DNA from: Eledone cirrhosa
Lineage: Eukaryota
DNA: 64,000 nucleotides
Assembly (NCBI GenBank): GCA_964016885.1
Contig: OZ024746.1
Coordinates: 10,416,001 to 10,480,000 of the forward strand
Direction of reading: 5' to 3'
In this document: positions 27,101 through 40,069 of the stretch, one piece after another
Layout: every line of letters starts with the position of its first letter
How positions within the stretch are numbered: position 1 is the stretch's first letter
Position numbers and translations under genes: made by a program
Notes under the pieces: generated by a model
What the model was told of the DNA's origin: nothing
The model's input: only the letters and a program-made list of their open reading frames with translations
Database searches by the model: none

Positions 27101-27889
27101 GTGGTGTTCCAACATGTTCCTGGCTGTGACACATGAAGGTAATGTGGTGTTCCACCATGTTCCTCATTGTGCTACATGAAGGTAATGTGGTGTTCCACCA
27201 TGTTCCTGGCTGTGACACATGAAGGTATGGTGCTGTTCCACCATGTTCCTGGTTGTGCTACATGAAGGTATGGTGCTGTTCCATGTTTCTGGCTGTGCTA
27301 CATGAAGGTAATGTGGTGTTCCACCATGTTCCTGGCTGTGCTACATGAAGGTATGGTGGTGTTCCAACATGTTCCTGGCTGTGCTACATGAAGGTAATGT
27401 GGTGTTCCACCATGTTCCTGGCTGACACATGAAGGTATGGTGCTGTTCCATGTTCCTGGCTGTGACACATGAAGGTAGCGTGGTGTTCCACCATGTTTCT
27501 GGCTGTGACACATAAAGGTAATGTGGTGTTCCACCATGTTCCTGGCTGTGACACATGAAGGTAGGGTGGTGTTCCACCATGTTCCTGGCTGTGCTACATG
27601 AAGGTAATCTGGTGTTCCACCATGTTCCTTGCTGTGACACATGAAGGTAATGTGGTGTTCCACCATGTTCCTGGCTGTGACACATGCAGGTAATGTGGTG
27701 TTCCAACATGTTCCTGACTACTACATGAAGGTAATGTGGTGTTCCACCATGTTCCTGGCTGTGACACATGAAGGTAGGGTGGTGTTCCACCATGTTCCTG
27801 GCTGTGACACATGAAGGTAATGTGGTGTTCCACCATGTTCCTGGTTGTGACACATGAAGGTAGGGTGGTGTTCCAACATGTTCCTGGCT
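24146..27889. repeat. 43-bp tandem satellite, ~87 units, with higher-order blocks
   Basis: Consensus CATGAAGGTAATGTGGTGTTCCACCATGTTCCTGGCTGTGACA; period checked at 25211 and 25254. Confidence 0.97.
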
Positions 27890-29124
27890 CTGATTCCTAA
27901 AACAAACTAAAGAATAGGATGTACTGAAGAAATATGATAATTTTAATTTAATTTTTTATTTTTCCTTTTGTAGCACTTGATATGTCTCTTCTCTATAGTA
28001 CACACATTTCCTTTCTAGGGTCAAGTGAACCCTTTTGTTTTGGCAAACACATAATAACCTCTCTAGTGCTGGTGGCTCAATAAAATGCATCTACTACATT
28101 CTGTAATGTGGTAGTGCTGGTTCCGCAATAAATTACACATAGTACACTTTATAAAGTGGTTGGCATTAGGTAGGGTATCCAACCATAGAAACCATGCCAA
28201 CATATGTAATGTCTTAAGGCCTAGTTATCTGATTCATCTTATCTCAGATCATGACAACCCATCCAACCTATGCCATCTTAGTGGACATAAAATGATGATA
28301 ATGCACCCCCCCCCCATATTTCTTTTAGTTACTCTCGAGTCTCAAATAATCCCCCCCCCCCCCTGCCATTGGAACCCAAGAATACTTTAAAGGAATATAT
28401 TGATGGATTATTTTCCTAATTCTTTAATTCTTCAGTTGGTTTTATTTGACTAGCTATGCTGGGGCACCACCTTATTGGGTATTTTAGTTGATTACATTGA
28501 TCTAAGTATTTATTTTTTTATTGATCTCAGTGTTTATTTTAGTGATCTTGAAATGAAGGCAGGAAAAGTAGACCTGGGCAAGATTTGAGCAGAATCTGAA
28601 GAACCATTTTAAAAAATAGTTATTCTGCAATCTAGGATAGAATTTATTTTGTTGGAAGCTACCCCCCTCCCTCTAGTCCACAATCATTAATTGAATTTTT
28701 GATATTTATTAATGTTTAAAAACTTCTTTTGACCTAAATTATGTACATAAAAACTGATTAAATCTGCAGCATTTGAAATAAAAATTATTTTAAAGAAAGG
28801 ATAAAGTTTGATTTTATTAAAATATATTCACAATTAATTGGCTGTTATTGAAGTACCATGTAAAAATTGGTTTGAAAATAAATCTCAAATTTTAAACCTG
28901 TAATAATTGTTGTAAACGTAACACCTCTAACTAGAAGTAATTTAGGAACATTTTAGAAAAATATTTTATTTAATTTATCATTTTTTTTCTTCTGTTTATT
29001 GATACAGGCTTCTAAAATCAATATAGCAACTTGCTATAATATTCTGTGAAATGATTACATAACTGAACTTGAATCTATCATTTAAGCAGTTTTATATTCA
29101 ATATTGCAACAGTCAGCAATTACA

Positions 29125-29334
29125 TTAACCCTTTAGCATTTACATTACTCTATATATGCTATTATATTTTCATGATAATTATCTCACATAATATTGAATC
29201 TATGAGATTTTGAAAGTATTTATTTTGAGAACAATACCTTAACATCAGTATGAGTGGCCAGTTACAGCCAGTTTCAACAGAAAGAGATATAGAATTCTGG
29301 CCCATTTTGGCCAGTTTGAACATTAAAGGGTTAA
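29125..29334. mobile_element. MITE family A
   Basis: TTAA|CCCTTTAGCATT ... CATTAAAGGG|TTAA. Confidence 0.85.
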
Positions 29335-31019
29335 AGTGTAAATACAGTATCTCTTCTGTTGTAGTTTAGCTGAAAGATTTGCTAGGAATTTCATTGTCTT
29401 AGAACAGGGTTTTCATACACATTTTTTAATCCCATTGACGCCTACTTCAAATTTTCATCCTAATTTCTGATTGTTTTTAATTACAAATGAAGAAAATATG
29501 TACTAATCCAGAACCAGCAAATCTCCTTCCTGTGGTTAAGTTTACCCCAGTTGAGGAAACCCTTAGGGGTACCTTTCGAAACTAGTCTCTATTTAGCCTT
29601 TAGTCCATAGTTCCTTTTTCAGTTTAACTCAGTTTATAAATGGTTCAAGATAGTGAATAACCAGAGTTGTTAGAACATAAGATAGATTGCTTTGCAGTAT
29701 TCTTTCTGGCTCTCTCTGCTCTGAGTTCAAATCCCACTGAAGCCAAGTTTGGCTTTCATCCTTTTGAGGTTGATATATATAGTATCAGTCTAGCACTGGG
29801 GAGAAAACTTTCTATATCTTTTTCTCTCTGGAAGAAATCAGCTGTATTCTGGGCTCAGCCAGGTTTAAATACAACACCCCTACAAATTAATTAGGAGTTA
29901 TGGACACATGGCATGGCATGTATAATCCTTTATTCCACACGGTTCTATCTTATTTAGTATTTGTTATTTTTATTTTTTGGAAATTTTGAGCAATTCTTGA
30001 TGCTTTAACCAATTATTTGTAATAGTTTTATTTTTTAATTAAAAGAAGGTATATTTTGGAAGGCTTTATGAAGAATGCTCAGAACAGTTGTAGGCAGTAA
30101 ATATTTACTCTACTCAGTCAGGGCTTTCTTAAGGAAGGTCCTATTCATCATTTGTTTAGTTAGCTCAAAGTATGTCAAATTTGATTTTTGATCATTTTCA
30201 ATTTTCAGCCAGTGAGGGAACTTCAATGTGATCATTTAACTTACTCGAAATAGGAGTTAAATCTCTTTCAAAATTTCAACTTACTGTCTTAAAAAGAGAC
30301 CTGGTGCATTGGATACATTGCCTGAAAAAAAGAAAACCAAAATCGGTTATGGCTAGAATATCTTTGATATTCTAGCCATTACCAATACTTGTCTACTTGA
30401 TCATGGTTGACCTGGGGTTAAACAGCAACTAAATCAGTTTTCATATCATTTTAACCCTGTTCTGGACTATGTTTAAAATGAAATATGCTGCCTGTTAATT
30501 TTGGTTAATTTTGAAAATAATCAAAAATTGTGAGGGATTTAGTCACATAATTAACTTTTACATTGATTTCTATATCAAGCTGGGGTTTAGAACATAACAC
30601 ATAAAAAGGTTTCCACATAAAATTATGATGGAAAGGGTTAAAGTTTTTAATCTAGATATGAACACTTTGAAATGAGAAATATAAAAAAAAAAAAAACGGG
30701 AAAAAAACCCATTTTCATGAAGATAAATACCAGAAGGATTAAACTTAAATAAAAATGTTTCTGTTCATCTTATGTGGAAATAATAAATTCTTATACAAAA
30801 ATAGATTTCCCTTTATGTTCTAAAAACCTGTTTTGTAAGTAATTTCATTGACTATAATTCTTTGACCTACATTGTGCCAAGAATGCAGTTAGAATGTAAC
30901 AAAGAAAGGAATATTAAAACAACAAACGAAGGCCTTTCTTCTTTAGTTTTCATAATTCATGGTTTTTAATATTGTAAATTTGTATTGTTTTGATGTTAGT
31001 TAAATCATATTTTTTTGCC

Positions 31020-31185
31020 CCCTTGGCCACCACCCTCCTCACTGCTATTGGAGTGGAGCTGGCTGGCTGCCTGCAAGTGTGAGTCACACGAGATGGAGTG
31101 GCTGTTCCAGTGCATCTTCCTCACCATCCTCTGGAAGTATAGTCTTTTCCATTCTGTTAGCTGGGACCACGAGATGGACGACATA
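31020..31185 (+). mobile_element. Degenerate C-terminal relic of an RLE-type (CRE-like) non-LTR retrotransposon
   Basis: Frameshifted peptide LLTAIG...CESHEMEWLFQCIFLTIL...FSILLAG resembles the 'WLFQRLSLAIxRGNAxSIL' tail. Confidence 0.4.
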
Positions 31186-31842
31186 TTAAGGTAGGAGTAG
31201 GGTGGCAATCTTCAGACAAAAGAGTTAATAATGCTGACATTCTCTCTCTCTCTCTATCACACACAATATTAATCTGCATTAAGTAAAATGAATATCTCTA
31301 TGGAATATATATGAAGAAATCCCCATAATAATTATCTGGAGATGAAGCACTGAGCAGAAGCAGACAGATTTTTAACCTGTTATTTTAGGTAGGATATAGT
31401 GACTCTCATAATATATTTGGTGGTAAGGATACCACTGAGGATTTTAGCTTTATATATATCTAGGGCAAGTTGACAGGGTCCCACCCTTCTCTAAACTATA
31501 CACTAAGCCAACTATGACCATTCCATCTTTTTCTTCTTGCTTCAGGCATGGTGTATTTAGGACTACATTATCTAATGTGTCTCATTTTTAAAGACAGTAA
31601 GTTGAGATTTGAAGGAGATTTTTAATGGGGTGAATGACCATCCAGAGTGTTTCTCAAGATCGAGTGGACATATTATGCTACATACAATCAGTAGGGCGTA
31701 AGTTTTTTTTAAAATAGAAAATTAAACTGGGCTGTGGGACAAAAACATCTAAAAGTTCCCAAATTGGCTAAAATCGAGATAATTATGTGAAATAAAGTGT
31801 TTACCATGGAAATACAATAATAAATGTAGAATAATGTAAATG

Positions 31843-32060
31843 CTAACCCTTTAGCATTTAAACCTGCTGTATCCAGCCAGAATTCTCTCACTTCTTTCTG
31901 TTCAAACCATCTGTAACCATGCTGATATTAAGGTATTGTAAAAATAAATACCATCAAAATCTCAGAGATTCAATATTATGTGAGATAATTATGTTAGGCA
32001 AAGACTTTACCATGAAAATATAATAGTATATCTTGAATAATGTAAATGCTAAAAGGTTAA
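31843..32060. mobile_element. MITE family A inserted at CTAA in the TIR of another copy
   Basis: ...GTAAATGCTAA|CCCTTTAGCATT ... AATGCTAAAAGG|TTAA. Confidence 0.75.
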
Positions 32061-32916
32061 ATCTCTTTCTTGACCATGATCAAAATATTGTGTTGGTTAC
32101 AGAATGACACCAGCAAACCTCATGATTGGTTGTCATCCAATAGCCATCAACTTGTTCATTTGTGCTCTGTGTATTGTATTTATCAGCAGATAAACCTGTT
32201 ATATTAGTAAATGTGGGGATTCACTGCTGACTTTCATATTGATCTAGGATAGAATCATTAAGAAACATTTATTTACAGTTTTTATTCAAAGGAACCTTAG
32301 TGTTGATATTTCCAGTGTTAAGCTATCCATGAAAAGATACATTTGTAATTTGTTTGTCATAATGAAATTAAAAAAAGGGTCCCATAACTCCTGAGGGAGT
32401 TGAAGGGACACTGTATTAAGATACAGCATTTCTAGGGCAATTTTAAACCTGGCAGAGCCCGTCACATCTCCAGCAGATTTCTTCCAGCAAAGGATAGTGA
32501 GTGACAGAAAGGAAGTGAGAAAGATATAGTGGAAAAATCAACCCAGTACGTGACTGGTACTTGTTTTATCGACCTCGAATGGATGAAAGGCAAAGTTGGC
32601 TTCAGTAGGATTTTATTTTATTGAGCAGAAAACTGAAACGAATACTGCAAAACATTCTATCTGACATTCTAATGACTCTATCAATTCGTCACCTACTCTA
32701 ATGAAAAACCAAGACAAAAAAATTGATACCATTTTTTGAGAATGTTTGTCTTTCTAATCCTGCCGGTGCCATATTCCTAATGAAATACTCTGATTTCCAA
32801 CATTTTGAAAATAATTAAGAATTTTTTTGGGGAATTTAGTAATATAGCTAACTTTTCAATTATTAAGCTGGTGTTTGGAATATAGCTTAACAACAGTTCT
32901 TACATAGAATTATAAT

Positions 32917-33100
32917 TGTTTCAACTTTTGGCACAAGGCCAGCAATTACCCAGTGTGTTACTGGTACTTGATTTTATCGACTCAGTAAGGATGAAAGGCA
33001 AAGTTAATCTCTACGGGATTTGAACTCAGACTGTAAGGGGACGTAACTATGCTGTAAAGCATGGCGTCCGACCCTCTACCGATACTGCCAATTCACCGCC
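32917..33100 (-). mobile_element. Young tRNA SINE inside a family-B MITE
   Basis: 18-bp TSD CTTACATAGAATTATAAT at 32899-32916 and 33101-33118. Confidence 0.9.
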
Positions 33101-33501
33101 CTTACATAGAATTATAATGGAAGGTTTTTAGATACTTTAGAATAAACAGCTTTGTGTCAGTGAATTATGGTTGATTTCAGGCAATTTAGTATCAAAAGTG
33201 TTAAACTTTTCCCCTTTTTATATTAAATTCAAACTTCTGAGTAATTTGAGAGATCTTAGATATAAAAAGTGTTCTCACCAAAATTCTGTCAATTCTAAAA
33301 ATACGAAACCGTCTATAGTTCCTCATTATAAAACTGCTTATTTTGGAGAAGTTATCATCATCATTCCTTAACATCTGATAACCCTGATAAAAACATTTCC
33401 TCATAATTTTATTTTTAAGAACCTTTAAGTTATGCTCCAAACACCAGCATAATAATAACTTTGATAACTTTTGGCCAGTATTGGCTCAGGCCATGTCTAA
33501 C

Positions 33502-34501
33502 TTAACCCTTTACCGTTTACATTACTTTCATCATCATCATCATCGTTTAACGTCCATCTTCCACGCTTGCATGGGTTTGGACGGGAGTTTTCCCACTTGA
33601 GGCAAAATTGGTTATCCTGCTCGTATAGGACTGTCTGGCGGGTTTTCTACGGCTGGAAGCCCTTCCCAACACCAACCACGTTTACAGTGTGGACTGGGAG
33701 GTTTTTACCGGGTTACCTACACGGCCATATTACAGCGTGGACTGTGTGTTTTTTGTCGTGACACCTACACAACCTCATTTGTTTCGGACTGGATGTTGTG
33801 GTACCAACATAACTTCACATTTAAGGGGGTGGTGTGGATGGGGTGGGGGTAGTGGGACGGGGGGTGTATTTTGTTAGAGGTGCCTACTGACTGTAGGTTT
33901 CGCTTTGTACTTAGGCAAGGCGGGTCTTCTGTATAACTGTGTAGCACCAAAGATCTCGGTACAGTGACATTGTCTTGGAGAGGTGTAAGTGTGTGAGGTC
34001 GGAATTTATCAAGTCGTCCCAGGTTTTTCTGGGTCTGCCTACTCCGTGGCTACCGTCTATTTTTATTGCCCTGCACTTTTTTATACAGCTGTCGTCTTTT
34101 ATGCGCATCACGTGACCGTACCAACGTAGTCTTCTCTCGAGTAAACAACATCTGATCCCTCTTATTCCTAATTTCTCCCTGAGTTCGTTTATGCTTTGCC
34201 GTTCACGTATATTACTATTACACATCCAGCGGAGCATGCAAGCTTCGTTTCTCTCCAGTCTGCGTATATCCTCTGCACACAATGCCCAGGTCTCACTGCC
34301 ATATATACTATTGTATTTTTGCGGTAAAGGCTTTACCTCACATAATATCTTGCATATTATCAATTCTATAAAATTTTGATATAACTTATTTTGAGAACAA
34401 TACCTTAACATCAGTATGAGTGGCCAGTTATGGCCGGTTTAAACAGAAAGAGGTGAGAGAATTCTGGCTGGATATGGCCGGTTTAAATGCTAAAGGGTTA
34501 A
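33502..34501. mobile_element. MITE family A interrupted by an RTE
   Basis: TTAA|CCCTTTACC ... [RTE] ... AATGCTAAAGGG|TTAA. Confidence 0.82.
33529..34302 (-). mobile_element. 5'-truncated RTE copy from a related subfamily
   Basis: (CAT)n tail; peptide GSETWAL...RRLERNEACMLRWMCNSNIRERQ...RRLRWYGHV. Confidence 0.92.
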
Positions 34502-34829
34502 TAGCACCACCTGGCTATATCACTAAATCCTTCCAGAGTCTTGATTATTTTCAAAATTATTTTAAAATCAGAGGCTGTGTCTTTCATTAGAAATATAGTA
34601 GCAAATTGGTTAATGATGCATACATGTTATTTAACTTCATACCCCCCCCCCCCCCCGATATAATGCAAACACTATTTTAAAGTGTTCATATTTAAATTAT
34701 AATTGTCCATCATAATTTTATTTAAGAATTTTTTGTTACGTTATGTTAACTTTACTTAAACCTGAGATGAATAATAAAAAAAGTAGTTTTTCTTTCAATT
34801 TCTGAGATGAGGGATTATCATGATTCACT

Positions 34830-35050
34830 GGGGCAAAGGGTTGGCAATATTAGCAGAGTGTTGGATAACATGCTTTCCAGTATATAGTTACGGCCTTTTA
34901 TCTTCTGAGTTCAAATTCTGCCGAAGGTTAGCTTTGCCTTTCATCCTTACGGGGTCTATAAAATATAGTACTAGTATTGCACTGGGTTGATTTAATCAAC
35001 TTTCCCCTCTCTCGGAATTGTTGGCCTTGTGCCTAAATCAGAAATTATTA
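34830..35050 (+). mobile_element. tRNA-derived MetaSINE-like SINE
   Basis: GAGTTCAAATTC B-box, GCCTTTCATCCTTACGGGG core, (ATT)n tail. Confidence 0.75.
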
Positions 35051-35075
35051 TTATTATTCATTGTTTTATTCAAAT

Positions 35076-38000
35076 TAGTTTCTTCATCTTGGTTGTTATA
35101 GTTTCTTCATCTCAGTTGTTATAGTTTCTTCATCTCAGTTGTTATAGTTTCTTCATCTCAGTTGTTATAGTTTCTTCATCTTGGTTGTTATAGTTTCTTC
35201 ATCTCAGTTGTTATAGTTTCTTCATCTTGGTGGTTATATTCTTCATCTCGGGTGTTATAGTTTCTTCATCTTGGTTGTTATAGTTTCTTCATCTTGGTGG
35301 TTATATTCTTCATCTTGGTTGTTATAGTTTCTTCATCTTGGTTGTTATAGTTTCTTCATCTCGGTTGTTATAGTTTCTTCATCTTAGTTGCTATAGTTTC
35401 TTCATCTCAGTTGTTATAGTTTCTTCATCTTGGTGGTTATATTCTTCATCTCGGGTGTTATAGTTTCTTCATCTTGGTTGTTATAGTTTCTTCATCTTGG
35501 TTGTTATAGTTTCTTCATCTCAGTTGTTATAGTTTCTTCATCTCAGTTGTTATAGTTTCTTCATCTTGGTTGTTATAGTTTCTTCATCTCGGTTGTTATA
35601 TTCTTCATCTCAGTTATTATAGTTTCTTCATCTCGGTTGTTATAGTTTCTTTATCTCAGTTGTTATATTCTTCATCTCAGTTGTTATAGTTTCTTCATCT
35701 TGGTTGTTATAGTTTCTTTATCTCGGTTGTTATAGTTTCTTCATCTCGGTTGTTATAGTTTCTTCATCTCGGTTGTTATAGTTTCTTCATCTTGGTTGTT
35801 ATAGTTTCTTCATCTCGGTTGTTATAGTTTCTTCATCTCGGTTGTTATAGTTTCTTCATCTCGGTTGTTATAGTTTCTTCATCTCGGTTGTTATAGTTTC
35901 TTCATCTCGGTTGTTATAGTTTCTTCATCTTGGTTGTTATAGTTTCTTCATCTCGGTTGTTATATTCTTCATCTCAGTTATTATAGTTTCTTCATCTCGG
36001 TTGTTATAGTTTCTTTATCTCAGTTGTTGTATTCTTCATCTCAGTTGTTATATTCTTCATCTCAGTTGTTATAGTTTCTTCATCTTGGTTGTTATAGTTT
36101 CTTTATCTCGGTTGTTATAGTTTCTTCATCTCGGTTGTTATAGTTTCTTCATCTCGGTTGTTATAGTTTCTTCATCTTGGTTGTTATAGTTTCTTCATCT
36201 CGGTTGTTATATTCTTCATCTCAGTTGTTATAGTTTCTTCATCTTGGTTGTTATAGTTTCTTCATCATGAAGAACATCTTGGTTGTTATAGTTTCTTCAT
36301 CTTGGTTGTTATAGTTTCTTCATCTCGGTTGTTATATTCTTCATCTCAGTTGTTATAGTTTCTTCATCTTGGTTGTTATAGTTTCTTCATCTCGGTTGTT
36401 ATAGTTTCTTCATCTTGGTTGTTATAGTTTCTTCATCTCGGTTGTTATAGTTTCTTCATCTCGGTTGTTATAGTTTCTTCATCTCGGTTGTTATAGTTTC
36501 TTCATCTCGGTAGTTATAGTTTCTTCATCTCCGTTATTATAGTTTCTTCATCTCGGTTATTATAGTTTCTTCATCTCGGTTGTTATAGTTTCTTTATCTC
36601 AGTTGTTGTATTCTTCATCTCAGTTGTTATATTCTTCATCTCAGTTGTTATAGTTTCTTCATCTTGGTTGTTATAGTTTCTTTATCTCCGTTATTATAGT
36701 TTCTTCATCTCAGTTATTATAGTTTCTTCATCTCGGTTGTTATAGTTTCTTTATCTCAGTTGTTGTATTCTTCATCTCAGTTGTTATATTCTTCATCTCA
36801 GTTGTTATAGTTTCTTCATCTTGGTTGTTATAGTTTCTTTATCTCGGTTGTTATAGTTTCTTCATCTCGGTTGTTATAGTTTCTTCATCTCGGTTGTTAT
36901 AGTTTCTTCATCTTGGTTGTTATAGTTTCTTCATCTCGGTTGTTATATTCTTCATCTCGGTTGTTATAGTTTCTTCATCTCGGTTGTTATAGTTTCTTTA
37001 TCTCGGTTGTTATAGTTTCTTCATCTCGGTTGTTATAGTTTCTTCATCTTGGTTGTTAGAGTTTCTTCATCTCGGTTGTTAGAGTTTCTTCATCTCGGTT
37101 GTTATAGTTTCTTCATCTCGGTTGTTATAGTTTCTTCATCTCGGTTGTTATAGTTTCTTCATCTCGGTTGTTATAGTTTCTTCATCTCGGTTGTTATATT
37201 CTTCATCTCAGTTGTTATAGTTTCTTCAGCTTGGTTGTTATAGTTTCTTCATCTCGGTTGTTATAGTTTCTTCATCTTGGTTGTTATAGTTTCTTCATCT
37301 CGGTTGTTATAGTTTCTTCATCTCGGTTGTTATAGTTTCTTCATCTCGGTTGTTATAGTTTCTTCATCTCGGTTGTTATAGTTTCTTCATCTCCGTTGTT
37401 ATAGTTTCTTCATCTCGGTTGTTATAGTTTCTTCATCTCAGTTGTTATAGTTTCTTCATCTTGGTTGTTATAGTTTCTTCATCTTAGTTGCTATAGTTTC
37501 TTCATCTTGGTTGTTATAGTTTCTTCATCTTGGTTGTTATATTCTTCATCTTGGTTGTTATATTCTTCATCTTGGTTGTTATAGTTTCTTCATCTTGGTT
37601 GTTATAGTTTCTTCATCTTGGTTGTTATAGTTTCTTCATCTTAGTTGTTATAGTTTCTTCATCTCAGTTGTTATAGTTTCTTCATCTTGGTTGTTATAGT
37701 TTCTTCATCTTGGTTGTTATAGTTTCTTCATCTTGGTTGTTATATTCTTCATCTTGGTTGTTATATTCTTCATCTTGGTTGTTATAGTTTCTTCATCTTG
37801 GTTGTTATAGTTTCTTCATCTCGGTTGTTATAGTTTCTTCATCTCGGTTGTTATAGTTTCTTCATCACGGTTGTTATAGTTTCTTCATCTCAGTTGTTAT
37901 AGTTTCTTCATCTCGGTTGTTAGAGTTTCTTCATCTCGGTTGTTATAGTTTCTTCATCTCGGTTGTTATAGTTTCTTCATCTCGGTTGTTATAGTTTCTT

Positions 38001-39244
38001 CATCTCGGTTGTTATAGTTTCTTCATCTCGGTTGTTATAGTTTCTTCATCTTGGTTGTTATAGTTTCTTCATCTCGGTTGTTATAGTTTCTTCATCTCGG
38101 TTGTTATATTCTTCATCTTGGTTGTTATAGTTTCTTTATCTTGGTTGTTATAGTTTCTTTATCTTGGTTGTTATAGTTTCTTCATCTTGGTTGTTATATT
38201 CTTCATCTTGGTTGTTATAGTTTCCTCATCTTGGTTGTTATAGTTTCTTCATCTTGGTTGTTATAGTTTCTTCATCTTGGTTGTTATAGTTTCTTCATCT
38301 TGGTTGTTATAGTTTCTTCATCTCGGTTGTTATAGTTTCTTCATCTCAGTTGTTATAGTTTCTTCATCTTGGTTGTTATAGTTTCTTTATCTTGGTTGTT
38401 ATAGTTTCTTCATCTTGGTTGTTATAGGTTCTTCATCTTGGTTGTTATAGTTTCTTCATCTTAGTTTCTATAGTTTCTTCATCTTGGTTGTCATAGTTTC
38501 TTCATCTTGGTTGTTATATTCTTCATCTTGGTTGTTATAGTTTCTTCATCTTGGTTGTTATAGTTTCTTCATCTTGGTTGTTATAGTTTCTTCATCTTGG
38601 TTGTTATAGTTTCTTCATCTTGGTTGTTATAGTTTCTTCATCTCAGTTGTTATAGTTTCTTCATCTCAGTTGTTATAGTTTCTTCATCTTGGTTGTTATA
38701 GTTTCTTCATCTTGGTTGTTATAGTTTCTTCATCTTGGTTGTTATAGTTTCTTCATCTTGGTTGTTATAGTTTCTTCATCTTGGTTCTTATATTCTTCAT
38801 CTTGGTTGTTATATTCTTCATCTCAGTTGTTATAGTTTCTTCATCTCAGTTGTTATAGTTTCTTCATCTCGGTTGTTATAGTTTCTTCATCTCAGTTGTT
38901 ATAGTTTCTTCATCTTGGTTGTTATAGTTTCTTCATCTTGGTTGTTATAGTTTCTTTATCTCAGTTGTTATAGTTTCTTCATCTTGGTTGTTATAGTTTC
39001 TTCATCTTGGTTGTTATAGTTTCTTCATCTCGGTTGTTATAGTTTCTTCATCTCAGTTGTTATAGTTTCTTCATCTTGGTTGTTATAGTTTCTTCATCTT
39101 GGTTGTTATATTCTTCATCTTGGTTGTTATAGTTTCTTCATCTTGGTTGTTATAGTTTCTTCATCTTGGTTGTTATAGTTTCTTCATCTTGGTTGTTATA
39201 TTCTTCATCTTGGTTGTTATATTCTTCATCTTGGTTGTTATAGT
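35076..39244. repeat. 23-bp tandem satellite, ~180 units, with 21-bp variants
   Basis: Consensus TAGTTTCTTCATCTYRGTTGTTA; period checked at 35821 and 35844. Confidence 0.97.
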
Positions 39245-39715
39245 CATGATATTTCATCTACTCTATCCTCTCGCCTCCATCATGTGTCTGTCATATTCAG
39301 TTAATGTTCTTTGAACTGAACAAGGATAGATTGTTCTCATTCTATTGTCAAGGCATAAGATATCCTTGTAATATTTATACTTACTTGTGATGTCTCTTGC
39401 TTATTCCACTGAAACTCAAGTATATTTCAATACACTGACCCAGTGTTTGAACCCATGCCCCCCAAGTAAACTACCAATGCTTATATTGACTCTACTATTG
39501 TCATCACAAGTAACTAATAACTAATACAAGTATATTCTGAGCATAGACAATAGAATGAGAACAATCTACTCCATGGTCTGAGTAAAAAGTTCAGTTCAAA
39601 ATCCAAAAAACATTACTGACTATGACATGTTTCTGAAGAAAGCCATAGGGTACAATAGCTGAGACATTGTGACTATGACAACCAAGGTGAGGTCATTGTT
39701 CTAAATAAACGAGGA
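39245..39715. mobile_element. Inverted pair of Penelope-like terminal repeats with degenerate hammerhead cores
   Basis: ATAGATTGTTCTCATTCTATTGTC (~39326) is inverted against GACAATAGAATGAGAACAATCTAC (~39546). The right arm continues CTGAAGAAAGCC...GCTGAGAC...GACTATGACAACCAAGGTGAG. Confidence 0.6.
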
Positions 39716-40069
39716 GTATAATTACAAAGTCAGTTGCTTTACTAAACCTTTCTAAATTCTTGATCATTTAAAAAGTTATTTGAAACATCTAGACAGGGTT
39801 TTTCATTAGAAATATGGCCATAAAAGGGTTAATCAGAATATACTTTTGCAATGGAGATTGTGTCATATCAAGGATCATTTCACATTGAGAATGGAGAGAG
39901 GAATACTGTCAATTTTAATTTCATTTTTCTTTTCATAAAAAAAAAAAATTGAAATTTATTTTATTTGGTTAAGCTTCCAAATAATATTAAAAAGTGACAA
40001 CTTATATTCAATAAAATCAAGACACTTCCGAAGGTGGATGTGGTAGTGTTATATTAAGTTTACATTGTA

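Noticed and set aside
24092-27853. Repetitive ORFs, or a CRISPR-like array, in the 43-bp repeat
   Set aside because: Head-to-tail monomers with no unique spacers; the 43-nt period is not a multiple of 3; eukaryotic context with no cas genes.
35076-39244. Telomeric or CRISPR interpretation of the 23-bp array
   Set aside because: No spacers and not TTAGGG-like; better explained by expansion from a dispersed repeat.
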